This document shows positions 1-12,700 of a stretch of 64,000 nucleotides of DNA, piece by piece. The position numbers were made by a program, and so were the translations under genes. Within the stretch, counting starts at the first letter, position 1. The number at the start of each line of letters is the position of its first letter. Under the pieces are notes generated by a model. That model ran no database searches. It saw nothing but the letters and a program-made list of their open reading frames with translations, and had not been told where the DNA came from. This DNA comes from Octopus vulgaris (Eukaryota), in contig OX597822.1 of the NCBI GenBank assembly GCA_951406725.2, positions 60,636,001 through 60,700,000 of the forward strand. The letters run 5' to 3'.

Positions 1-1056
1 ACAGGGCGGGTTCGGGGAGAGAGAGCAGATACACGGTCCACGGACCGTGCTCTGGCAAGGGCGGTGTGGATAGTGGTGAGGGGGTATCCACGTAGGGTGA
101 AGTGGTGAGCCATACGTTGAGACTGAGTCTCAAAGTCATGGTCGTCACTACAGAGCCTACGTAGACGGAGGAATTGGGAATAGGGGATGGAAAGCTTGGT
201 GTGTTCTGGGTGGGAGGAAGAGAAGTTGAGGTATGAGTGTGAGTCTGTGTGTTTGTAGTGAATGGAGGTGGTAAGAGTGGAGTGAAGAATGCTAACCGAA
301 ATGTCGAGGAAGGAGACAGAGGTGTTGGAGATAGTGGAAGTGAAGTGGAGGGCTGGATGGAAAGATTGGACGAAAGAGAGGAAGGAATCTAGATGTTCGC
401 GGGAGAGTGAGGTGGCACCGATAATGTCGTCAATATAACGACCATATAGTTCAGGAGTGGGACCAGTGAAATTAGAGAATATTTGGGCCTCAACATAGCC
501 AACGAACAGGTTCGCATAGTTGGGGCCCATTCGCGTTCCCATGGCCACTCCCGAGACCTGATGGTAGAACTCGCCCGCGAACGAGAAGCAATTCAGAGTA
601 AGGACAAGTTCGGCCAGACGAATGAGTGTGGAGGTGTCAGGTACAGGGTTAGAGCGGAGGTCAAGAAAGTGTCGAAGGGCCTGCAGTCCTTCGTGGTGAG
701 GGATAACAGTATAGAGGCTTTGGATGTCCATAGTAAAAAGGATTTTGGAGGAGCCGGGAGGAAAGGAGAAAGAGTTGAAAAGCCGGAGAGCATGGTTGGT
801 ATCGTGGATGTGGGAGGGAAGAGATGCCACTAGGGGGGCAAGGACACGGTCGAGGTATTTAGAGATGAGCTCCGTGGGGCAGTTACAGGCGGAGACGATG
901 GGGCGGCCAGGGTTGTTGGGTTTGTGGATTTTGGGGAGGAAGTAAATGGTGGGGGTACGTGGGGTTCGCACAATTAGGTTGGATGCGGTGCGGGGGAGAC
1001 GGGAGGACGAGATGAGGTCTTGGACAGTAGAGGATACCGTCTGTTGGTAGCTACGT
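1..1056 (-). mobile_element. Penelope-like element (PLE) reverse transcriptase, 5'-truncated, runs off the window edge
   Basis: Minus-strand translation gives YFLPKIHKPNNPGRPIVS, FTMDIQSLYTVIPH, GVAMGTRMGPNYANLFVG, YGRYIDDII, SFLDI and HPEHTKLSIPYSQFLRLRRLCS, all diagnostic PLE RT motifs; it abuts (TA)n at ~1064. Confidence 0.93.
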
Positions 1057-1062
1057 GTGGGG

Positions 1063-1103
<41 letters not shown>

Positions 1104-1722
1104 TATAAATATACATATATATGTATGCATGTATGTACATATGTACGTATGTATGTACATTGAGAAATTTAAGTTTCACACGAAAACAAAAGGAAAAACG
1201 GCTTTGAGAATGGTAAATAAAAGGAGAAATATTTATATTTTTATCGAAATATATAACCGGTTTTAATTGTTTAAGACAATGTACTCATATAGTAAGGGAA
1301 AATAAATTGAATTTAATTAAATTAAACTTGCATGATAGCAATATTAAAAGTTTACAAGTTTTTCTTAGACTGTTCAAATGGCAGTGGTTGTTGGTCTCCT
1401 TTTAATGCTTTCTGAGTCATAATTGCAGTAACTATTTTAACACAGAAAATAATTTATTGTACCTTAGTGGCGATGTTGATATTAAGGACTGGTTCGTAAT
1501 AGTGGAAGAAATAGTATGCTAGTGGTGGCAGTCGCAGCATGGTAGTAGTCGTAGTAGTGTCTGATCATTATATCAACGAGAGAGTCAGTCTACCAATTGA
1601 ATAGTCATCTGTATTTGATAAGGGGTGGCTTTGAAAACCACCGTAACAACTTTTCCAGCTCCTACTACCTTTTACCCATTATAATCAGAAATTTACAGTA
1701 AACCCCTTCTCTCTTCCCTTTA

Positions 1723-1761
<39 letters not shown>

Positions 1762-1825
1762 CTCTTTTTCTACCTTTGTTTTCTCATATTCTCTTTCTCA
1801 AAATTTCTATTTTTTCTCTTTTCAG

Positions 1826-1998
1826 GTCTAACATGTGGAATATGCGTTACCTTAATAGTTCTGTTCATAGCCATGGCTGTTGTTGTATATAAACCGTACC
1901 ATGGTTCTGACAAGTCAACATCTCGAATTCCTCACAGATCAATGGAACCTCTAGCAACTTTCGTTAACACTGTATTTAATCTGAATAATGCACTCTAA
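1826..1998 (+). CDS. Terminal coding exon of a single-pass (type I) membrane protein: TM helix plus short cytoplasmic tail
   Basis: Polypyrimidine tract and ttttcag acceptor ending at 1825; reads (G)LTCGICVTLIVLFIAMAVVVYKPYHGSDKSTSRIPHRSMEPLATFVNTVFNLNNAL*; AATAAA at 2071-2076. Confidence 0.7.
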
Positions 1999-3140
1999 AC
2001 TTGGTAATCTTGACAGCTGTCATAGATGACCAACACCAGTAATTATTTTACATTCTATATACACTGAAGCAATAAACTATGTAGAGTAGTGAGTTGGCTC
2101 TGAGTTAAAAACTCAACAGTTCATAATTATGTTCCCATCAATTCCTTAATGTACTTCTTTGCTATTATGCAAAAGTGTCGTAAGTCCAAAACGTTGCTTT
2201 GTCAGAAAACGAAAAAATAGTTCGTGAAGTATTTGCCACTTAAATGTGGCTAACCCCTAAGGGTGGATGCTACTGTAGCTTGTAGCCCCAGGAGGACATC
2301 TCCTCCAGCTGGCTATTAACACACTTTCTGTGCCCTATCAGTATTTACAAAGGGAAGCCACCCTTCCCATCTTCAACCTGTATGATACAGCTGTCATAGT
2401 TTCAACATTCCATAGCAAAACCGTTGTACTACACTTTGATAATTTTTTATATCTTGGTATCTGAAGCAGCTGGAGATACCGTAGATTGACCAAAAGAACC
2501 GGCTATAGCAAGCAAAAATAAATATTGAAAAAAACGCATTTGGCCAAATTTGGACATACGACAATTTAACATAATAGCAACGACTTAATGTTTGAGGGAG
2601 ATGCATAGACATCACAATTCTCATTTCAAATTTTTTTTCAATAATATTATTTCAAACAAGTTCTTCATGCTTGGAGAAATTAACAAGAATCACCATCATA
2701 TATTATGTTATGGGTAACGCTCAGAAATCGATGAACTATTGAAATAAATAAAAACAAATAGCGACAAACAGATATACAGGTAGGCAGATAGAAACTGACA
2801 GACAGTATCTAACTACATTCTGTCATGTATGCATGTACTTTATTCAGCAATTTAATCATATGTAATAAATGTCTAATAGACAAAAAAACATTCATTATTT
2901 TCAACTTATTGACATTTTGGAATTGAATTATAGTTTCCTTTACACAACTGCAGCATGGAAGATACACATTAGCCATTCAATAACGCGTGAAGACAATTAA
3001 GGTTACTTAAATGTTTATTGTCAAAATTTTTGTATCACCAACTGCAGCCTGGTTACTGACGTGATGACGTGATTTCACTGCATCTAGTTTGCGGTGAGAT
3101 TGATGGTAAATATATAAAGATTCCAGGGTTATAAATTTGT

Positions 3141-4031
3141 TTATATATATATATATATATATAACTCAACTTGTGTGTCTGTGTGTTTAACTTCCCGGCA
3201 CATCTCCTCCTAGCCAACAAATCGTAGAACCACCAAAAATGGGTCACTTAAAGTTTAGGCGAATGAAAATTGAACTGCGCTATTTCTGTTCCGAAATTCA
3301 TCTCGCAAGTGCAAAAATCGATAATGTGTTTGTTTAGGCCTTATCCCATGCATTGAATAGTGAACTTTACTCAGTCAGCTGTTTGACGTGAACTGTGTTC
3401 ACTACGCGTGCAAGCATGCGTAAATTGCGTGAAAAATTTAAAAAATCAAGATATAAAAACGAATCGCCGTAAACATTGTAGAAATTTGGCAAAGAAAGGA
3501 ATTTTCAGGATGTAGGCTTGAGGGTTTTTTCGTTATTAATCGTTTGGACTTTGTGAACACATACCAATTGTTTTCATAACATTTTTAACGCTTTGAATTA
3601 AATGTGACCATTTTGCGTTGAGTCTGCAGTTTGAATCACTTTAACCAAATTTTAGCAGGCCGGATTTTTGATCATCACGATACATCGCCAGCGACTCCCT
3701 GAAATCCCCGTTGAGAAATACTGATCTAAAAGAATAATTCAACAATGCAATTATTTGATCAACAAAAATTTATGAAACGCTTCTACGTACTTCCTATTGA
3801 AGAAATGGAACACATAAGCGCAAAAATAGAGGGCATTAAATGCTTGATTTTAAAACCAAAATAATTGAATTTTGATTGAACTTCATCCAAGTTTAGCTTA
3901 ATTCGCGCGTGCATAGAACGCACGAGCGCACGTACGTACATTGTGTAAGAAAGTATTGATTTTGCACCCGCAGATTAATCGATTTTCCTCAGTGCGATTA
4001 ATAGCCACACAAAGCCGGGCAATACTGCTAG
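3141..4031 (+). mobile_element. Non-autonomous Helitron-like element
   Basis: 5' TATATATATAA...TGTGTGTCTGTGTGT head; 3' GC-rich degenerate hairpin (gcc..gccgggc) followed by CTAG (4028-4031) then T. Confidence 0.6.
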
Positions 4032-4475
4032 TATATATATAAAACTTACTTGGAAGAAGACGCGTTGCGTTCAATCATATAATAACAATTTAATAAATAA
4101 AACATATGCATACATTCATACATATATGTACATACCTACATCTATATGTATATATACATGCATATATGGGTACAGGACACCACAAAAAAAAACGTAGAAC
4201 GCAACGCCTTCTGAAGAAGAAGAAGAAGAAGAAGAAGAAGAAGAAGAAGATCGACCCATCATGCCCGTTTGATTCCAGGATCGTAAAGAAACAGGACGAA
4301 AAAAAATTAAATAGGAAGAACTTGGAGCATAAGAAAGTAAAGGTCATGCCTATAATATTTGGTATGTTGGGAACAGTAAGTAAAGATATAGATAAATGGC
4401 TGAAGGAAGTTGGAATACAAAGCCCGGTAGAGCTCTGACAGAAGGTTTGTCTCTTAAGGACAGTGAGTATTATCA

Positions 4476-7400
4476 TGTTATGGGGATAATAGTAATAATG
4501 GTACACCCCTCCCACGTGACAAATGGTATGTGATAGTCATTATAAATACTGTCAGTCAGTGTCATAATGATAGCGAGTACGAAGTAGATGGTCATAGATA
4601 GTCGTGGTCTTACTGCTATACCAGAGCGGGCGCAATAATAGTCAGACGAAAGGATTACAACATTGGCGACGAGGAATTAACAAATTCACAAGGAGTTACG
4701 AAATTTTACGGTATACAAAATCGTAAAATTGTAGAAAAATTGTTGGCCGGTTTGCTCGAGTTGCAAAAACAACAACAACAGCAACTAAAAGAACAGCAAC
4801 AACAACAATTACTATTACAGTAAGAAAACAATTACTATTACGTCAGAAAATGCTAAAAAGAGTTCCTTACCAGATTATGTTGCAAACGCGAAAACAGAAT
4901 TTAAGTATGAAGGAGTTAACTTCGAGGCGTACTATAGAAGATACGAATAAATCTTCAATAAAGAGTGCAAAGACTGGGACGACGATATGAAAACGGGTTT
5001 AATCTTAAGAAAACTGTCAGCAGGAGAACATGAGCATTACAGCGATTACGTGCTCCCGAAAAAAAATCCTTCTGACATAAACTTTAAAGATACAATAGAC
5101 ATATTGTGTATAATATTTAGCGAGAAAAGATCGTTGTTCAATACAAGCTGGAAATGTTTGAACCAAGAAAAGAACAACGAGGAAGACTATATCACATATG
5201 CTGTTAGAGTTAACAGAGAATGTGAAAAGTTCAAACTGGACAAATTAACACCAGGTATGTTCAAGCGCCTGATATTTACTCAGGGACTAACTGTAGTAAA
5301 AGACGCAGAAGTAAGAACAAGAATTCTCGCTAAGCTATAACAAAACCAAACTGTAACTTTACAACAAGTTCAGAAGAGTGTGAAAGAATAGTAAATTTAA
5401 AACACGACACAGAGAAAATTGAACATAAAGATTGATCCCAAGTGAAACAAGTGCATCAGAAAATACAAGCAGGCAGAATAGAAATCTAGTGTGTACTAAA
5501 ATACTGTACAAACAGGACAAAAATCAAGAAATAAACCCACGTTTTACACGTGGAGGTCTACACCTGAGAAAAAACTGTCCATTTAAGAAAGCTTCCGTTG
5601 TTGAAAAATTGGACACGTAAAACTGTAAAACCAAGAATAAATAAGATGTCATTGAAAGAAAATGGTGATGTGACAAAGAGAAAATTTGTAAATGTGAAAA
5701 TTGAAAGTATAAGAGTAAAAATGCAGTTAGACCCTGGAAGTGAAGTTAACATTATGAATGAAGAAACTTGGAAGTATATCAGTAAACCGAAATTAAGTAA
5801 ATCTACAAAAGTAGCAGACGGTGTTGCGGGTAAAAGATTGTATTTTGTAGGTGAATTCGTGTGTAACGTGACATTTCATGATCAAATGAAAACGGCAAAA
5901 GTATATGAGTTAACAAATTCAGTTAATTTTTTCGGCACAGAGTGATTTTTATGGGAATATAGTCGGTTCAATCGAAGGTTGGAATGTGGCTAAGGGGCTG
6001 AAACGAAAAGTAAAACATTTATTCCCAGATATTTTCTCGGAGGAATTAGGCTGATGCACGAAAACAAAGGCAAAAATTATATTAAAACAAAGTGCAACAT
6101 TTGTATTTAAGCCAAAACGGAATGTACCTTTGCGGCAATAGAACAGTTAAATAAGGAACTTGAAAGACTTGGAAGCCTAGGAATAATCGAGAAGACGGAC
6201 CACTCAGACTGGGCAGCGCCTACGGTCTACATGAAAAAGAAAAGGAAAAAGTTAAGAGTTTGTGCAGTTTTTTCAACGGGGTTGAATGATTGCCTAATCT
6301 CACATAACCACCCATTGCCGAGCCCTGAGGAAATGTTTGCGAAATTGAATGGAGGATAATTCTTCTCAAAATTGGATCTCTTGGAAGCATATCTACAAAT
6401 CGAAGTAGAAGAAGAATGCTCACTTATTAGCCATTAATACACACCGTGGCTTATTTAAATTTAAGCGGCTTCCCTTCGGTGTAAAAGTGGCTCCTTCCAT
6501 ATTTCAGCAAATAATGGATACAATGCAGGGTGACTGTGATTTTGCTACCGCCTATTTAGACGATAACATGAACAACATGTAAAACATGTTAAAGAGGGTA
6601 TTCGAAAAGATAGGAGAATACGGTTTCATGTTAACGGAAGTAAAACGCGATTTTTTCTGAAAAAAATTAAATACTTGAGACATAATAGATAAAAACGAAC
6701 GGAAACCGGATCCATCCAGAATAACTGCTATAAAAAATATGCCCGAGCCAAATAATGTGACTATACTACAAGCATTTTAGATTTACTGTCAAATTTACAT
6801 TCCCAATAGACATAATGTAAGGGTCCCGCTCAATGATTTGTTAAAGAAAAATGCAAAATGGCGCAGGACTGATAAATGCCAGAAGGTATTTGGCAAATTA
6901 AAAAGTATTTTAACATTGAACTTATCGTTAACGTATTTTGATTCAAAGTTGGATATTATATTGGCTACAGATGCAAGTGATTACGGTGTAGGAGCCGTGC
7001 TCCTGCACAAATATGACGATGGAAGTAAAAATAGAAAAGGAAGCGTTAGCAATCATATGTAATGTAATAAAAATGCCATAGATTTATTCATGGAAGAAGT
7101 TTCTGTCTACAAACTGACCATCGCCCACTACTGTCAATATATGGCTCTAGAAAAGGAATACCAACACACACAGCAAATAGACTACAGCAATGGAGCACTA
7201 CATTATTGAATTAGGATTATAAAATGAAATATTTCCCGTCAAAAACACTTGGGCATGCAGATGGTTTGTCCATATTGATTTCAAACACTGCGAACCATTC
7301 AAAGATATGGTAATCGCAGCTTCTAAGATCAGAAGGAGAAATTTTAAAAAATACAATGTAGAATGTGGTACGCGAATTACTGGTAACCCTAAAAGACATA

Positions 7401-9150
7401 AAATGGAATTCGGGAGAGGACAAATTCATAACAGAAATGAAAAAAATACTGTGGTCAGGAAAAGTAAATAGGAACAGGATTGGTGCGAAACGAAACCAAG
7501 ACGTGAACCTATACTCAATTTGTAATGGCTTACTGACGTAGGCACAGAGAGTAGTAATACCTGGAACATTAAAAAACAAAATGTTGAGGGAATTTCATGT
7601 TGGACATCCTGGTATTTCGAGTATGAAAGCTTAATGCGTAGCTACGAGTATTGGCCAAAAATGGATAAAGAAATCGAAAATTTAGTGAAAGGCTGTAGAG
7701 CAGTGATTCCCAAGGTGGGGCGTATGCCCCACTGGTGGGGCCTGAGAAAATTCAGGTGGGGCGCGGGGCATAGACGTGGGCTGTGAAAATATTTGTACAT
7801 GACGAGCGGTCATCGCGGGCACAACCTTAGATTTACATGTACTTGTAAATGTGAGTGGACATGGGAAAAGGTGGGGCGTAAAAACTTTTGCTATGAAAAA
7901 GTGGGGCGCCGGGAAAAAAGGTTGGGAAACACTGCTGTAGAGGATGTGCTCTAGTAGTAAAATTACCAACGATAAAAAGAGAACCTTAGCTAAAGGTAGA
8001 TGTTCTGTGGTTGACACTACACAACGATTTCGCTGATCCTTTAAACGGTTCATACTACTTAGTGGTAGTTGATACTTTCTCTGAATGACCAGAAATTTGT
8101 AAGTGTAAACAGCCAAGCTCCTCAACTGCGACAAATTTTTTTACATGAGTTGTTTGCGAGATTTGGTATCCCAGACGCGAAAGAGTCTGACAATGGGAAG
8201 CAACTTATGTCTTTTGAATTTAAAAAGTTTTGTAAAACATTCGCTGTAGAACATGTAACTACGGCACCATCCCATCCTACAACCTAACGGACAAGCAGAA
8301 CGCTTTGTCGATATGTTCAAGAGAGCCCTAATAAAGTCAAACAAGGAAGTCACGGGTGAGGTAGCTCTACAACAATTAAGAGTATACCGTGTGACACCAA
8401 ATCCAAATAGACCAACAGGTATGTCACCAGCGGAGCTGATGTTTGCAAGGAAACTTCATCAAATTGCTACCTGGTAAGAAAAAAAATTGCAATGGATAAT
8501 ACAGCAAGATTTTTCACAATTGGTGAAAATATATTTATGAGGACATTTAAGATCAGAAAACAAAGTTGGGAAGATGGCGTGATTACCAAACGCATAGGAA
8601 AAATGCTATACATAGTAAAAGGAAGAAAAGGAATATACAAGAGACACATGAACCAACTAAAACAAGATTCGATGAGAGCGAACCCAAAAGAATTCACGAA
8701 CCAATAGAATGGTTATATGATATTTTTCAAGTACCAACACCACTACAAATAATTGAATCCAGATGCACAAGCGTAAAAAAAGAAAATGAACGGAGTTCTT
8801 GGGAGTCGATGCTAAACGAAAAAATATCAAATTTGCAATCGTACGAAAAAAACTCAAAAGGTGGGGTGGTGTAAAAAATTACTAATAAAAGAAATAAAAT
8901 TACACTCCCTAAAAAAAAGAGAAAAATTTAAAAGGGGAGATATTATGGGGATGATAGTAATAATGGTACACCCCCCCCCCCCCCGAAACAAGTGGTATGT
9001 GTTAATCATTATAAATACTGTCAGTCAGTGTCAGTGTGGTAGAGAGTACGAAACAGATGGTCATAGATAGTCATGGTCTTACTTGTCTGACTAACAATAG
9101 AGCTATACTGGAGTGGGCGTAATAAATAGTCAGACGAAAGAGTTAGAACA
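4476..9150 (+). mobile_element. Full-length but decayed Gypsy (Ty3) LTR retrotransposon, possibly Mag-like
   Basis: LTRs at 4476-4662 (TG..CA) and 8941-9150; PBS TTGGCGACGAGG at 4663; polypurine tract ~8931-8940; TATCA TSD at 4471-4475 and 9151-9155. Fragments: gag, protease (MQLDPGS), RT (LPFGVKVAPSIFQ, YLDD), RNase H (LATDASDYGVGAVL), integrase (FGIPD..SDNG, NGQAERFV), with many stops and frameshifts. Confidence 0.95.
7701..7934. mobile_element. hAT (Charlie/Buster-type) MITE inserted in the Gypsy integrase region
   Basis: TIRs CAGTGATTCCCAA...TTGGGAAACACTG; 8-bp TSD CTGTAGAG at 7693-7700 and 7935-7942. Confidence 0.93.
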
Positions 9151-9323
9151 TATCAAGAGGGTTCTAAGCACTTGAAAGTCTGCTGAAAACTTATTGATAC
9201 CTAAGTTTACAGATAGCAGACTGTTACCCATATAAATCCTACCAGGAATAAGACCGAACCTGAGCGAAAGCAAAATAATAATGCTAATAATAACAACAAC
9301 AACAACAATAATAATAATAATAA

Positions 9324-9683
9324 CTAGCACTATGACCCAGCAACGCCGGGTCATAGTGCTAGTGCATGCATATACAGCTGCGTGCGTGCACACGCGAGTA
9401 CTGTCCAAATCTCCGACCAATCACATACAGTTAGCTGGCATTCAACTGGCGTATCAAGTTTCGGGCATTTTGGTTGGGTTTTGGATAGAAAATTCACAAA
9501 AAAGTCACTTCTATTGATTTTTTAATGCCTTTGAGGGGTGACTGGGGGAATGTAAAGATGTGCACGACCACCGTTGGACGATTTTGAATGACCATAGAAA
9601 GTGCGAGCCCTCTAACTGAAAAATTGTGGATTTGTATAAAAGACACACACGCAGACATTTTGCCGTTTATATATATAGAGGAG

Positions 9684-9684
<1 letters not shown>
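9324..9684 (-). mobile_element. Short non-autonomous Helitron inserted in (TAA)n
   Basis: Minus strand starts TC...TATATATAAA and ends CTAG, sits between A and T with no TSD; 16-bp-arm terminal palindrome at 9323-9363. Confidence 0.8.
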
Positions 9685-9741
<57 letters not shown>

Positions 9742-9743
<2 letters not shown>

Positions 9744-12700
9744 GTCAAGACGAAGAGCGCGATTCGATTGTGAGATAGTTTATTAGTTGAACGATATTTC
9801 AACAGTACGTCTGTCTTTGTCAAGTTCAAAATAAGAAGTGATAAAAATTCAAAATTATAGAAATTTAAACGTAAAGTATGAACGAGAGCAACCAGTGTAC
9901 ACACGTTGATGGAATGACATCATCAGTTTTTAAGTTACAGTTTTATAACAGGCGAAAAGAAAAAAGACAGAAAAAAAGGAGAGAGAAAGAAGAATATATA
10001 ATCAAACAGTTGTGTATAAATTTGATGATATTCTCCTGTCATCTTATTCATTCCTCAAGGGCGTGATGTTAATAAACCCGCAAATATTTCTCTTCATACA
10101 TTCTGAAAAGTGAAAGTGGAAACAGATACAGAATATTTTCTGAGAATATGTACTTTCAAGTCTTTTTCACAATTGCAGCCGCTTGAAACGAAATGTTCAG
10201 CAAGTTCTATCAAACTACTGTTATTGTGCCTGACGTCGAATCTGTGCCCATTAAACCTTTTGTTTAATTGTTCTGTGTTGTACAACCAACATAAATTTCT
10301 GTTATGATTTCTGATGGAATCCATTTCACTTATGTTGTTGCACGATGAGCAGAGCTTACCTCTCTTGCGGCTGTTCTTTAAGGTACAGCGTGCAGATACT
10401 CAAGTGTTCGTTTTCTTTGAGTCAGTTATAGAGGTCAATAATTCTCTTATATTCTTATTCCGTCTAAAGGCTACAATAGGCGGCTGAGGAAATATCTGTT
10501 TGAAACGAGGATATTTTTTCGCCACATGCTGGTAACTTGCAGGCAACACTTTTGAAATGCCAGCGAAATGTCGGTGCCAGTTAATCACTAAAAGAATTCT
10601 GTCATCTAATGTATTGTGCTTGCTAAAATTATGCGTGTAGATTTGATTATCTTTGCTAATCTTAGCTATTTCATTTGCTATTTTCTTTAACCGTGATTCA
10701 CTGTAACCGCGTTTGACATAATTACATACAAAAGCATTTGCATGTTTCCAGTAATCCCCTATCATCATCATCATCATCATCGTTTAACGTCCGTTTTCCG
10801 CGCTAGCACGGGTTGGACGGTTCGACCGGGGTCTGGGAAGCCAGGAGCTGCACCAGGCTCCAGTCTGATCTGGCAGTGTTTCTACAGCTGGATGCCCTTC
10901 CTTACGCCAACCACTCCGCGAGTGTAATGGGTGCTTTTTACGTGCCACCTGCACAGGTGCCAGGGGGGGGGGGTCTGGCATCGGCCACGTTCGGATGGTG
11001 CTTTTTATGTGCCACCGGCACAGAAGACAGTCGAGGCGGCGCTGGCAACGACCACGTTCGGATGGTGCTTTTTATGTGCCACCGGCACAGGTATCACAAC
11101 TACTATTTCCATTGATATTTGTTTCGATGTTCATGTACATGCACTTGACTCAACAGGTCTCCTCAAGCACAGCGAGATGTTCCGGGATCCAAGGTACTTT
11201 GAACGGGCAGGGGCTATGCGGAACTGGTGCCGGAAGCATCCCGGGTCTTTGTAGTCACAGCACATCTCCAGAGATCTCGGTCCTTCGCCATTGCCTCAGT
11301 GAGGTCCAACGCTCTGAGGTCATGCTTGACTACCTCATCCCATGTCTTCCTGAGTCTACCTCTCCCCCTGATTCCTTCAACTGTTTGGGAGCGGCACTTC
11401 TTCACACATTTCTCCTCATCCATCCGCAGTACATGACCATACCATCGCAAGCGTCGCTCTTGCACACCGCATCTGATGCTTCTTATGTCTAGCATTTCTC
11501 TCAGGGTGCTTACACTCTGTCGTGCATTCACACTGACATTACACATCCAGCGGATCATGCTAGCTTCACTTCTTTCAAGTCTACGCATGTCCTCTGCAGT
11601 CACGGCCCATGTTTCACTACCGTGAAGCATGGCAGTTCACACATGCATCATACAATCTACCTTTCACTCTGAGTGAGAGACCCTTTGTCGCCAGTAGGGG
11701 TAGGAGCTTTCTAAACTTTGCCCAGTATATTCGTATTCTAGTGGTGACACTCTCTGAGCATCCACCTCCACTACTAACTTGGTCACCCAGGTAGCGGAAA
11801 CTATCAACTACTTCTAGTTTCTCCCCCTGGAGTGTGATGGAATCTGTTTTCTGAGTATTTGTGGTGTCTATTGTCCCTGTGCATCTGCCGCACATGAAAG
11901 CTATCTTATCAGTTAATTTCCCTTTGATGTTGCTGCACCTCTTATGCGTCCATAGCTTACACTGGGTGCATCTTATGGAGTTACTACCTACACCTTTCCT
12001 ACAGATCGAGCAGGGCCACCTGCCCGATGGGGTGTGTGCTAAGTTTGCCTTTCTGCTTACTATAACTTTGGTCTTCGCTACATTTACTCTAAGGCCCTTT
12101 GATTCTAACCCTTGTTTCCACACCCGAAATTTCTTTTCTAGTTCCGGTAGTGATTCTGCTATGAGAGCCAGGTCATCAGCATAGAGGAGCTCCCAGGGGC
12201 ATCCTGTTTTGAATTCCTCTGTTATTGCCTGGAGGACTATGATGAATAAAAGGGGACCGAGGGCTGAGCCTTGGTGTACACCTACTTCTACCCGGAATTC
12301 TTCACTATATTCGTTGCCAATCCTAACCTTGCTGACAGCCTCTCTGTATAGAGCCTGTACAGCACTTATTAGCCATTCGTCAATCTCCAGTTTCCGCATC
12401 GACCACCAGATAAGGGATCGGGGAACCCTGTCAAAGGCTTTCTCCAAGTCCACAAAAGCTATGTAGAGGGGTTTATCTTTAGCTAGGTACTTCTCCTGCA
12501 GTTGTCGGACCAGAAATATAGCATCAGTGGTGCTTCTACCCGGCACAAAACCGAACTGCATCTCATCTAAGCAAATTCTCTCCCTAATGAGATGGGTTAT
12601 GACCCTCTCTGTGACCTTCATCACCTGATCCAACAGTTTAATACCCCTGTAGTTATTTCTATCTAGAGCATCACCCTTACCCTTGTAGCAGTTGACTATG

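Larger units (their letters stand above)
4249..9278 (+). mobile_element. 3' fragment of an R4/Dong-like non-LTR retrotransposon (RLE tail), split by the Gypsy insertion (4249-4475 and 9156-9278)
   Basis: IDPSCPFD..VMPIIFGMLGTV..QKVCLLRTVSII|KRVLST* reads through once the provirus is removed; ends in (TAA)-type repeats. Confidence 0.75.

Noticed and set aside
483-945. Plus-strand ORFs 483-833 and 724-945
   Set aside because: They are antisense shadows of the minus-strand PLE RT.
9130-9904. Hydrophobic poly-Ile ORFs that look like membrane proteins
   Set aside because: They are translations of (TAA)n microsatellites plus Helitron and pLTR sequence.
10920-11095. Spaced direct repeats superficially resembling a CRISPR array
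   Set aside because: Only 2-3 imperfect units inside a eukaryotic RTE 3' UTR; no cas genes, and the spacers are related to each other.
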